Shown here: positions 8,853-20,874 of the stretch, one piece after another
Layout: every line of letters starts with the position of its first letter
Position numbering within the stretch: the stretch's first letter is position 1
DNA from: Neophaeotheca triangularis
Lineage: Eukaryota
DNA: 28,410 nucleotides
Direction of reading: 5' to 3'
NCBI GenBank assembly: GCA_054600435.1
Contig: BAAIJX010000009.1
Coordinates: forward strand, 620,001-648,410
Program-made: the position numbers and the translations under genes
The notes under the pieces: model-generated
Database searches by the model: none
Told to the model about the DNA's origin: nothing
What the model saw: the letters and a program-made list of their open reading frames with translations, nothing else

Positions 8853-11683
8853 AGACAAGTAAATATGAGGTGGTTCCCGTTTGAACTGTTTGAGAAAGAG
8901 ATGGAGATTTGAAATAGGGTGTCGATGTATACTGAGATGCATGTGGTATAGTGTGTTGATACCTCGAAGCCGTTGGTACAGATGGCTGTGTATTTAATTG
9001 GACACGTCGAATGCGTCGATAACCTTTTGTAATGGAAGAGCGAAGCATGTGATGTCGATAATTTCTGACTCCCTAGGATAAGAACCGTCGATTGCTTGTT
9101 GGAAATCAGTGCTCAACACAAGCACGAAGCTCACCCGTACATAGGGGTAATGGCCGTGTACCTCGTACAAAACGCACCTACTCTCAAGCTGAGCAGACAC
9201 GACTCCGCCTTGAAAGTGCCTGTTGACTGCGTTGAAGCGCCTTCCCTTCGCCAGGAGAGCCACCGAAACCACCATATTTGCAAATACGTCCCGCTCCCAG
9301 CTCACCCCCTGACTACCTAGGTAGCCTCTTCTCCATCGCCCCGAGAAAGCAACCCTCACCACGTCCCTTCGACGGCAAGACCAAGCCCGCCCCGCTAAGA
9401 GGTACTTCCGCTTTTTGCACTGGTGCGAAAGAGGTCTTCTCCCCGAAATCATGCTCAAGGCGAGAGATCAGAATCCGACAAGCATGACGGCAGAAAAACG
9501 CACGTGCTGCTCTCGGACATAGACTCGCGCATGGGAGAAATGGGATACATGGCTTTCACGAGTAAACGACGAACATGCCTGGTTGGAATCGCGGATTTCT
9601 CGGATAAAACCAGCTGAGTCCTGCCTCTGCCTGGACGGGAAACCAGCAGCTGTGAGCTCTGCTTCAAGAAGCTACACGGTGGTTTGAGTTTTGGGAACTG
9701 GGGCGTTCTTCTCTGAAAGAAGCAACCTGTGTCTAGCGGTGCAGACGACCCGTCCTTTTCCTCTCCGGTCGTCGCTGATGAACGTATTGCAAGTTTGCGT
9801 ACGGGTACACGTCACTTCAGCGATGACTGACTTCTCTCCCTAACCCTCCTAGCCCCGTCCAAGTCACTTCTTCGCCCGGTCTACTTCTCTGATTTCTAGC
9901 AACGATAAAGCGATGTGGCTAGCAGATGAACAATGTACCGACGTTGCTTTCAAACGGGTCATCGGGAATGGGGACAAGTGAAAAATACGACAACGTTTGC
10001 GGTGGACAACTGACTGTCGTTGATTTGGAACCAAAGACGAGGCACCAAAGCACCGTGCGTACCAAGACAAGACCGCGCAAAACCTGCAGTGGCCTTTGCC
10101 GCTTTTGAGGACGTCGCTTTCCAGGGCTTATCTTAGCGAAAGACGGAATGAGAGCGGAGTGCCGTCTACAAGCCCTCTCTGCCCGGGATAGAGCAAATGT
10201 GGATGTTGAACACTTCATGGCTTTCCGGCGACCTCAAAGGGCTCCCCAGCTGCAAATCGACGGAAGCAAGCAGCGGCCTGATCAACACCAGCTACCTTGG
10301 GCAAAGACACGCTCCCGGGGAGTCTGCCTTGCAGTCCGAGACCCGCGCCCAATGGGTGAAGCATGCTCTTACGGAGCAAGGGCTAATCGAAAGGCTGTAG
10401 GAGGCATTTCAAGAAGGCTTTTGGCAACATGTACAAGTCTACGGACGGACCAACTCGCCCCGTTTCATCATCGTCGGAAACATGGGGCATCGGCGATTAG
10501 GCTTGGAGCGCTCTTCGTCGCCCGTTTGAAAGAAGATGCTCGATGAACACAGTCGCGCACCGCGTGGAGAACGTGTTTGCCCCGCCGGAGTAGCACTGAG
10601 AGGCGACGCGAACCGGATCGAGGAACGGCATAATCCCAGTCCACTGAGCTCCGCCTGCTCACAAGAATGTGCAGTAGAAGGGCCGAGGCGAGGTGGCATT
10701 GCCAAAAAACCGCGAGAGAAGCTCACTCGAGCGAAGAAATCTCAGCTCTCCCTGGCAGGTCTCGCCAACCCCAGCCCTCTCCACCATAACTACCCGCAGC
10801 GAAACCCACGGGGAAAATCAGAAAACACGTCTCTCAGCTAACTGAGCGCATAGAACCGAAGAGACGCATCGTCGCCGGCAAGCAGAAAAAACACAATCGC
10901 TCTCTCGTCCCAAGCCCTTGCTCCGTCCGTCCAACGGCGGAGAACCCGTCCATCACATCTCTCCCACCAAGATCCATCCATCCACACCCACCCAGCAGAA
11001 GACACGTGCAAGAAACGACAAAACAGCCTACCCCCCCCCCGGCGCGTCCCAACTAGCGCATAAAAACGGCAGAAGAAGCGGCTCCGCCCCAACCTCGCCA
11101 GCAGCAAGAAAAGACAGACAAACACCACTCGACCCTCCCGTCCGTCCCTCCCGCCAACAAACCCGTCCGTTGCTCCCTAGCAAGCACAACTCGTCCACGA
11201 CATAACTAATTAATGATCTTCAGTCTTTTTGGCCAAGAAAGCCCCAGTAGCGGCAGCAGCAGCAGCGGCGGCCATGCAAGCGAGAATCGAAGGGGAGGGA
11301 AAAAGAACACGTACGAGTCCCTTTGGCTGTCGCTTGCACATGGGCCGACCCACCGCTATTCGAGAAAGAAGTAACAATCCCACCCCCAGCCGACACCGAA
11401 AGGAAAAGAAAAGAAAAGTCCCAAGTGGCCGAAGAGGCCGGCTCTGTCTTATCGAGCAAGTCCCAGAGTCAGAGCAGCAGGCGACAAAGCGGAGGAAAAA
11501 GGGGTAAAAAAAAAAGGGAAAGCTGGATTGTGACAAGAACAGAAAATATACATTTTTTGTTTGGTTCCTTGGTGGTGATTGGTGGTGATGGTGGGTCGTG
11601 GATCTATTCATCTATCTACAAAAAGTCGGCGAAAGCAGCATTTGCCTTGTCCCCCCCCATCTCGGTCGGTGCTCTGACATACC

Positions 11684-11707
11684 ACTACTACTACTACTAC
11701 TACTACT
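11684..11707. repeat. (ACT)8 microsatellite downstream of the GH51 gene
   Basis: Direct reading of the sequence. Confidence 0.9.
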
Positions 11708-11809
11708 GCTGCTCATTCGTGTACGTCGTCGAGAGCGGCCGGTGCCTCGCACTAACGAATTTTAATTCACACACATGAGGTTGCCGAGAGGTTACCCCCC
11801 TTGCCCCCT

Positions 11810-13540
11810 TTACGGCTTCCAGCGCAACATGGTCATGCTCATCCTGGGGAAAGTGAACTTGCCCTTGCCATCCCATTGGCTTTCCTTGAGACCGACCTCC
11901 TCCTTGTCGGCCGTGTTGACGACCTGCCAGTCCTTGCCGGTGACGGTGTAAACGGTGACGCCGCCACCACCGCTGGAAAGCTTGACGCCCTCGAGCTCGG
12001 TGGCGAAATCCTCCTTGTCGTTGACGTTGACGACGCTCAAGCTGACCATGCCGTCGTCGCCCAGGACGGCGGAAACGTCGAGCCAAGGCGTGTCGACGGC
12101 GGCGCGGATCCATTGCGGTTGCGTCTCGCCTTCGTAGCTCGGGCACGAGACGTGGGAGTTGACGGTCCAGCCGCGCATGTACTTGCTGAAGAGCAGGAGG
12201 GGCCACCAGGGGGTTTGCTTGACGAGGCCGTTTTTGGTCGTCATGAGTGGCGAGATGACGTTGACGCTTTGGGCGATGTTGGCCATGCCCATGTACTTGC
12301 TTTGGCGCACAAAGACGTTGAGCCAGACGGCGACGGCGAGCGCGTCGGAGAGGGTGTAGAGTTCTTCTGCGCCTTTGTCGCCGGGGGCGCGGACAGGGTC
12401 CCAGACGTTCCATTCGTCGAAGCAAATGGTTTGGCGGGGGACGGCGGCGGGGACGCCGTTTTCGATGCGCGCGAGGTCGATGAGGCCGCCGCAGATTTGG
12501 ATCGCGCGCTCGGCGGAGAGGGGCGCGAGGGCGTTTTGAATGTTGTCCTTGCTGGCCGTGTAGATGTGGATGCTGTGCATGGCTATGAGGGAGGCGGTGG
12601 TGTCGCCGCCGAGCGAGTGGGTGTCGAATTTGACGCAGTTCTTGAGGACGTGGAAGTCCCACGCGCTGTGGCCCGTCTCACCGCAGAGGACGAGTTCGAT
12701 GGAGGGGTCGAGGAGCTTGAGGGCTTTGGCCCATTGGTAGGCCTTTTTGGCGTAGTCTTCTTTGGTCATCTGAGGGTGAGGGTGTTAACGATCCGTTCTA
12801 CGCTGCTAGGTTGTGTTTGGGTGACTGACCTGCTCCACTTGCCATGGTCCCCAGGTCTCGTTGCCGAGAGCCCAGTACTTGACGTTGTATGGCTTCTCGC
12901 GGCCATACTTGCGGCGAAGGTTGGCGTAGTAAGTGTCCTGGGTAGAGTTGCAGTACTCAACCCATCCGAGAGCTGCAATTCTTAGTATTCCGCCAACTCG
13001 TTCAAATCGTGAAATCGATCAAAGCAAAGCCTACCTTGCTCAAGTGTGCCTGCAAATTGTCAACCTACTGTGTCCTGGCTATTGCCAACTTTTTATACGT
13101 TTGTGAGATTACACACCAGTGCCCATGTTCAAGCAAAAGTAGGGCTCGGTGCCTACAATCTCGCACCACTTCATAAACTCATCAGTGCCGAATTGGTTCG
13201 TCTCGACACCCAACCAAGCCAACTCTGGGCGGTGAGGCCTGTTCTCGCGTGGCCCGACACCATCGGTCCATTGGTATGTGGCGCAAAAGTTACCGCCCGG
13301 GTAGCGGACTACGGGGACCTTGAGCTCCTTCATGGCCTCAATGACATCCTTGCGGAAGCCGTTCTCATCAATGAGGTCTTTGTTGGAGTTTTCCGGGTCG
13401 TAGAGACCGCCGTAGATGCAGCGGCCCATGTGCTCGGTGAAACCGCCATAGATGTTTTCGTTGATCTTGCTGAGCTTGTGCGCGGGGTTGACGGAGATGG
13501 AAGGCTGCTCGCCCTGGGAGAGTTTGGTGTAGGTGGACAT
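11810..13540 (-). CDS. GH51 alpha-L-arabinofuranosidase, intracellular (AbfC-like), complement(join(11810..12769,12830..12972,13035..13049,13117..13540)), 513 aa
   Basis: [35 protein letters not shown], acid/base motif [12 protein letters not shown], nucleophile motif [18 protein letters not shown]. Three GT-AG introns with phases that join correctly, including a 15-nt microexon. No signal peptide. Confidence 0.95.
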
Positions 13541-16051
13541 TTTGGTAGGGATGGTGAATGAATAGGGTAGCTTGGGCTGAGGATGAGAAAAGGCAGAAAG
13601 GGGAGAGAGAGAGAGAGATGGGAGGGAAGAAGAATGTTTTGGAGGGAAAGGTGGTAGTGTAAGTAGTAGTAAAGAGTACTAACTACCTACCTATGTTCTT
13701 GTCAAGGTGGATGCGGTCAAGCAGACGCAGCGGCCAAGTCAAAGCAACTTACGGTCAGAAAGCGGCCTTGGGCATGTCACTAGTCATAGGCACTACGGTT
13801 GGACAAGAGGTCCACCGCGTCCACTTGGTGCGGATTCGAGCGAAGAGGATTCGGGTCCAAGACCGGTCGTGGTGAAGGGAGAGATGAACAAGATGGATGG
13901 AAGGGACTAGTATTATTATTGTTATTATTTCAAGTGCCAGGTGTCGCCTGGCTGTGGGGTGTGTGGGTTACAGTGGGTGAGAGCACGACTGGTGGGTGAG
14001 AGACCGCGACTGGTGGGTAGCAAGGGTATAAGGTACTAGTAGCTACTATGTACCTTACCTAGCTAGCCGTGGGGATGACCTACCTCCCATCTCCATAGCC
14101 GAGGTCATGACGTGCGGCCTTCCCTCCAATCGCAGCGACATGAGGCCGTCTTTATTTACTACCGGGAAAAGTCGCGTGCGAAGATTGGATGCAAATAAGG
14201 TATCATCTGGCGAGGCGTCGACAGTGGACCGCGTGGTGGACTCGCGACTCTTGACTCGTGAGATGTGATCGGAGCAAGCCCAAGGCTGGTAGACTCCGAC
14301 TGGTAAACTGTAGTACCTAGAGTAGGTAGCAGTGGCGTTCCAACCTTACAGAAGCCGCTGATGTCTGCCGTTATCCCAAAAAGTGTACCTCGTCTGTACC
14401 CCCAGAACAGGCACCATGGCCGAATAATAAGCTACTACTCAAGTACCCGTGGACATTCATCCAACACAACTGCAAGCTGAAAGTCGGTCGCGAGATCGGT
14501 GACGGCGTGGCTGCAAGCCAAGGTGTAGGTGCATGCTATCTAGGTAGATTGAACGATCTCTGACAACAGTCCATGAGTAGTGAGTGAATGAGGTCTGGTA
14601 TTTTATGATTACGATTGTACAAATGCAACAAATGCAAGGCGACGTGTTACAAGTAGGTGCGTAGGGGATACGATGATATGATCATTAATAGGGTTTTTTT
14701 TAACAGAGACAGGCTCGCCTTGGCCACGGTCAACAACAAGCGTGAGTGGCTCATTTAGCACAAGCGTCAAAGAGATGGGTAGGGAGGTAGGGAAGTAGGG
14801 AGGTACTACTGTAGTTATGGCACCGGCAACATCATTACCCGAAACAGCAGAACAGCTTCCAGTCCCCGCCGTTAGGTTGTCGTGGTCGACAAGTCGAGTC
14901 CGCTTCCACGTCTGCCCCGCGGACCAACTTGGCCCACGTCTCGAAAACAACTTAACGCCGGGCGGGCTCCGACCCACAATTCCCATCCACCCCTCGAGAG
15001 TCTCCAACACATACCGGAGGTATCGACTTGGAGTTCTGGAGCCAGAGTGGGCAAGCTTTTCCGGGGCGGGCATCGAGTCAAGAACTCCAAGATACAGAGG
15101 TACGAGTTACAAAACGAACATGCATGCATCCATGCATCCATGCATGTGCTTGGCCAACATGTACAGTACCTACCTTTAGTAAACAATTGCCGCTTTCCCA
15201 CCACGGATGCAATTAATAATCCTGTACATACCAAGAATCGTCTTCAAGAACTGCATCCGAGGCGTCCAAGCAACTCTCGTGCACTCTTCGCCCTGTGTCT
15301 TGTGCGAGCTAAGCCGAGTTACAAGGGTACCTACCTACCTACCTTTTCTCAATAAATGTACACATCTGGATCTCACCTCGACTAAAAACAATCAATTAGT
15401 CGAGTCTCACTCGTGTGTAGCCCTCCCGGCCGACCATCACAAAGTCTCGACGTTGGACGGTTGACAGCGATGCATCAATCGTGATTTGCCCTGTAGTATC
15501 ATTCCACAATCAAAAGTGGTCCTGCCGCCGAGTAGTAGTTATGGGTCAGTTCACGATTGTCGAGCAACACAAACAGGCCTCGTGTACGTGCATGTCACAT
15601 GTGCTCGTGCCCGCTATTCTTTGATGACAGTAGTATCATCATCTGGCGAACATTGTTTTAACAAAGCTAGCGCATCTCCACTTTTTGCCCTCTACTCCCC
15701 GAGTCCTCCCAGATTCTCTAGACTACTAGTACTCTTCTGAGTTCTGACCCCCCGGGGCCCGCTGTGGAAACTCTACGATGACGACTCGCCGCGAGCCCCG
15801 TGCCCTAATTATTTTGGTCGTCAGGACTATCGCCAGACGCCAACATAGCTCGGGAGCGAATTGACAGACAGGAGGCGGGTTTTGTTGTTAGTGCGGCCCG
15901 AACTCAATATGCAGTGCTATGCAAGACGTGCCTCTTGCCGGCCGGCAGGTAGGATATAAAGTCTCGACAACGCCCTTGTTTGCTTGTTGCCTTTTTCCTT
16001 TTCGGATCAGGAGGTTTCTGATATCATCTCGTCCACTTTTCTTTGCCCATC

Positions 16052-17741
16052 ATGTTCAGGCTACCGCCCAAGGTCTACCAGGTATGTCGAGTCTGCATCT
16101 TCGGTTTACCTCGATATACCACATACTGACACCCTCACTCAGTTCCTGGTCGGTGTCTTCGCCTCGCTGGGTTCCTTCCTGTACGGTTTCGACTTGGGAG
16201 TTATTGCTGGCGCAACAGATTCGGAGAACTTCAGGAACAAATTCGATGCCACCGACGCAGAGCATGGTGCCGTGGTCGCCCTTTTCACAGCCGGTGCCTT
16301 TTTCGGTGGTGGTGCTGCCGGTTACGTCGGCGATGCCATTGGTCGTAAACTCACAATTTTAACCGGAGCCGTCATCTTCGTCCTCGGTGGTTCTCTACAA
16401 GCCGGTGCTCGGAACCTGGAATTCCTCTACGCCGGCCGTGCCATTGCCGGTCTCGGTGTCGGTTTCTTGGTCATGATTGTTCCTCTTTACCAAGCTGAGC
16501 TCGCTCACCCCAGTATCCGTGGTCGTATCACTGGTCTGCAGCAGTTCATGCTGGGTCTGGGTTCGTTGACGGCGGCTTGGGTTTCGTGGGGCTGCTACAC
16601 CGGATTCCCGGCCGACAACGAGAACCAATGGCGTGTTCCATTGGGTCTTCAAGTACCCCCGGCCGGCATCCTCGCCCTTCTCATCATGCTCTTCCCCGAG
16701 TCGCCTCGTTGGCTCGCCGACAAAGGCAGAAACGACGAAGCCCTCAAGACCCTCGCCAAACTGCACGCTCACGGCGATGTCAACGACGTCTGGGTGCAGG
16801 CCGAGTACAGCTCGATTGTCGACTCGGTCACGTACGAGCGCGAGCACGAAGCCAAGTCTTACGCAGAACTCTTCACAAACAAGGCGTCCTTCCGCCGTCT
16901 ATTACTCGCCTGCTCCATCCAAGCCGCCGTCCAAATGACCGGCGTCTCGGCAATCCAATACTACTCCCCCGACATCTTCAGACAAATCGGCATCAGCGGC
17001 GACGACACTCTCAAGTACCAAGGCATCAGCTCCATTCTAGCAGTCATCGGTCAAGCTCTGTGCCTCGTCGTCATTGACCGCGTCGGTCGTCGCTGGTGGC
17101 TCATCGGCGGTAACCTAGGCAACTGCGTGACCTTCATCATTGCCACCATCCTGCTCGCCATGTTCCCTCCCGGCGACACCAACAACACCTCAGCCTCGTG
17201 GGGTTTCATCGTCATCACCTGGATCTACAACTTCTGCTTCTCCGCCACCTGCGGTCCCATGTCTTGGATTGTCCCGTCGGAAATCTTCGACACCAAGACC
17301 CGAGCAAAGGGCGTCAGTATCGGCGTCATGGTCAGCTTCGCTTTCAACACCTTGATCGGCCAAGTCACGCCCGTCGCTCTCGACCGCGTCGGTTGGAGAT
17401 ACTACATCCTCTTTGTAAGTTGCCCGCCGCACCCACCACTAACCCTTACCGAAACCCATGCTCCGATCAACTTTTCTAACAATTCTTCAACATTATAGGT
17501 CGTCTGCAACCTGACCAACGCAATCTGGTTCTGGATGATCCAGCCCGAGACCAAGAAGCGCCCGCTGGAGACGATGAACTACCTCTTCACCAACGCGCCC
17601 TGGTTCATTCCCACGGCCGACATGAAAGCTTACGAGGACCATGAGCTCGAGCAGCGCATGGAGCAAATTGAGCGCAAGGGCAGCGTGCAGAGCGCTTCCA
17701 GCCACAAGGAGCTTCCCGCTGAGAATAAGGAGGTTGCTTGA
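16052..17741 (+). CDS. MFS sugar porter (HGT1-like), join(16052..16081,16143..17414,17499..17741), 514 aa
   Basis: Sugar-porter motifs YGFDLG, DAIGRK, PESPRWL, QMTGVSAIQYYS, DRVGRR, GPMSWIVPSEIF, PETK. Introns GTATGT...ACTGAC...CAG and GTAAGT...CTAAC...TAG, both phase 0. Confidence 0.95.
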
Positions 17742-18715
17742 GGCACATGGGCATGGGGTGTGTTTTGAGGGTGATCGTGGTTGTTTGCTTGGATTTAGGG
17801 GGGTTGAGAGGGTTTTGGGTCGTCGATGTATATCGCCCTTTTTATTCGGAGATATGATTTGGTAATTTTTGTGGGAATGTGTTTTTTTGAGACTTGTCTT
17901 TTCTCTCTGCCATCAAGGTTGTGTGTGCTTGTCGTCGTCTTTTCTTCACGCGTCCTACAGGATGATGTGCTTGCATAGGTGGCCGGCCGCTGGCTACTAG
18001 AACTTGTCGCTCCTTAGGCTAACGAATGAGCTTCCGAGCGCATTGCTAGCTAGTATTAATGCCGAAGTATTTCACAGCAGGAGGGAGAGGAAAACGTGAG
18101 ACGGAGGGAAAGAAATTCTCGTGCACAGCTGACATCCCTTGATATCTGCCGTCCGTCTTTTAGAGTTAGCTATCCTCGTGGTCCTGAAGCACATCAGCTT
18201 GACCCGTGTCCTTGTTTGTCCACAAAACTACCACACTATATAGGCATTCGGGGTTGAAGTCAAGGGAGTGGCGCAAGCGATGAAGGATTTATGTCGTCTG
18301 TGCTTTTCAGCCAGAGTATAGCGTATAACTGACATTGCCCTATCAGCGTGCAGTTTCGCCAGCCCACCTTTCGCGACCTCTTCTGAGACAACAACCTTAG
18401 TACCAGTCGAGGAGTATACATCTTTCTGGACGTACTACTTGCAGGCAAAAGACATCTGATGTCCTAGTAATTTCTTTGGCTTCAACAGTAGAGCGTCCGT
18501 AAGTACCGGCAACAGACCCACGTAAACATATCACCTATTCATCATCATCCTCCACTCTGTTTTCTCCTTACACTTCCAAAGCAGCTGTTGTCTGTCTTCT
18601 TCCACCTCCCGTCTGCTGCAGGCAGCGTTTTGTCAGATATCTGCCTGCCAACCACAGACCATCGTTTCGCAGAGACTGATACACTAGGAGCCCCTTGGAT
18701 TCTCCGAACAGAATC

Positions 18716-20087
18716 ATGGCAAGCGTGAGTATCAACACGACGTCCACTGCCCAAGCATCGCTTTATCAGCGACCTAACGGTATCCACAGCATGGAGTCCC
18801 CCGTGCCACTGCCGCTGTCGACAAGAGCGAGCAAGCGCGTGAACGGGAACGCAAGCAGATAGAGCGCTACAAGCAGCTCGAGAATGACGTGACCGTTCGA
18901 GTGAGTCGTTCTAACACTCAAATCTCTCTGGCACCACTGACGAGCATTTCCCCTTCCAGATCAAAGATAAAGACTACTCAGCCGATACCCTACACCTGAC
19001 CTCCGCCCTCTTGACCCAAAACCCCGAATACTACACTATCTGGAACTGGCGGCGACTACTTCTGCTTGATGTCTTCAACAGGGAGCTCTCGGAAAACAAC
19101 AGCAGCCCTCCACCAACCACCGAACCTCCCACCAGCACCACCGCACCAACAACACCAGCTCAACATGAACTCAACCTCCTCCTAACCGAAGACCTCACAT
19201 TTCTCCTCCCCCTCCTCAAACAATTCCCAAAATGCTACTGGATCTGGAACCACCGTAGCTGGCTCCTCCAAACAGCCACGACCCACCTCCCGCTCCCAAC
19301 AAGCCTCCAACTCTGGCAGCAAGAACTCAAACTCGTCAACAAAATGCTCGACCTAGACGCGAGAAATTTCCACGGCTGGGGCTATCGTAGAGAAGTGGTG
19401 GGGAACATCGAGACATTGATGCAGCGGCAATGGCGGGGACAAGACGGTCAGGGAGAAACAAGCCACGACGAAGAAAACAAGACAGCACCGACAATGACCG
19501 AGCAAGAATTCACCTACACCACCACCAAGATCGAAGCCAACCTCAGCAACTTCAGCGCCTGGCACTATCGCTCCCAACTCTTGCCCAAACTCCTAGCCGA
19601 AAGAGCCAGAAAAAGCACCCGGCAGACCCCCGACCCCCAGAACAACCCCACCAAGCTCCACCGCTCCCGAGACTTGCTGCGCGCCGAAACTGACCTCCTG
19701 ACCCGCGCCCTCTACACCGATCCCTACGACCAAAGCCTCTGGTCTTACTTCTCTTTCATCACTTCCGTGCTCGCCGACGACCGCGAAGCCAAGTCCTCAC
19801 CCGAAGCCCTCCTACCCCTGGACCACGCGGACCGTCTCGCTTTCTTGCAAGAGCTGTTGGCTATGTTGCGGGAATTGCGCGAGGATGCCGAGGATTGCAA
19901 GTTTGTGCTTTTGGCGCTTTTGGAAGTCGGTGGGGTTCTGGGGAGGGTGGAGGGGGTTGAGCATGGTCGGGGAGAGGTTGAGTCTGGAGGGAAAGCCGAG
20001 ATGGGGCTCTGGGTGGCTGGCTTGAGGGAGCTGGATCCGCTCAGGGATGGCCGGTGGAGGGATTTGGGCAGCCGGTTGGGGGTTTGA
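18716..20087 (+). CDS. BET4: Rab geranylgeranyltransferase (type II) alpha subunit, join(18716..18724,18790..18900,18960..20087), 415 aa
   Basis: Spliced N-terminus MASHGVPR; PPTA repeats NPEYYTIWNWRR, PKCYWIWNHRSW, DARNFHGWGYRR, NLSNFSAWHYRS, TDPYDQSLW; C-terminal LDPLRDGRW. Two canonical GTGAGT...CAG introns. Confidence 0.93.
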
Positions 20088-20874
20088 GATTAGATGCCGG
20101 TGGGCCGGTTGTGCTCGGTGGGTTGAGGTGTCTGATTGGTGTCGCTGAAGTTATGGCTGCGCTGGGAGTGAGCGGGAAGCTGTGGGTTGATTTGTGAACA
20201 TTCCATTCTCGCGCAGGCTTGGCAATGGAGTCCGGAATTTGCAAATTTCGACTTCTGTCTTGGTCTGGTATTGGAGGCCGTCGTGTATCTTCAGTCCTGC
20301 CTGGCGAAGAAGAACAGGCGCTGAATCGTTTGTGCTTCTCGACACCCTTCGACTACTCGTGTGGCTGCTTGCTGCCGAGAATTATTCGGTTTTGCGTCGA
20401 GAGCGAGCGGAAAAGTTGCGAGGCGGCTCGATGCGAGCGACTCCACCCGCTGCTTTCTCCCATTCGATAATTGATAATAGCAAATGGCCGTCCTTTTCTT
20501 CTCGGCGGCTTTTGAAAAGCAGGTGTGTTCCTGTTCCCCTGCGAGGAAGAGGCGACTGTCTCCTACCTATCTTTCGGAGCTGGATACGTGCTTGGGTGTA
20601 GAGTCGATAGGGTGGAGCTGCTCGCGCCGGGGTACAGATTCAACTCGAGTTAGTTGGTGACAGGAGAAGCGCGGTTTTGGGGGGAAAAAGTTCAATTGTG
20701 TTGCTGGATACCGCAAAACGCCAGAAACTCATACGCATCAGTCTAGGAAAGCAAGCGACCAAAAAGCAAAAAAGCAAAAAAACAAAAAGCATCAACCACA
20801 GACTCCCGTCCTAAACGCCCGCCCGTACCTCCTCGCTATTCCACCCATCCTCTCTTTCCTACCCATCTACCTCC

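Noticed and set aside
7977..8942. 321-aa minus ORF
   Set aside because: Antisense shadow of the thioredoxin-like gene.
9838..11559. Telomerase RNA idea: CCCTAACCCT at 9838-9847 plus Sm-like ATTTTTTG at 11552-11559
   Set aside because: Not the TAACCCTAA permutation I expect for Pezizomycotina; the motif is equally explained as a CTAAC branch point before a TAG acceptor, and I found no pseudoknot or CR4/5. An Rfam cmscan would settle it.
11801..12985. 394-aa + strand ORF (and 319-aa minus ORF 11703-12662)
   Set aside because: Antisense or shifted-frame shadows of the GH51 gene, explained by high GC3; no recognisable domain.
13541..16051. Multiple CreA-like SYGGRG sites in the GH51/transporter promoter
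   Set aside because: About one match per 250 bp is expected by chance; the count is not clearly above background.
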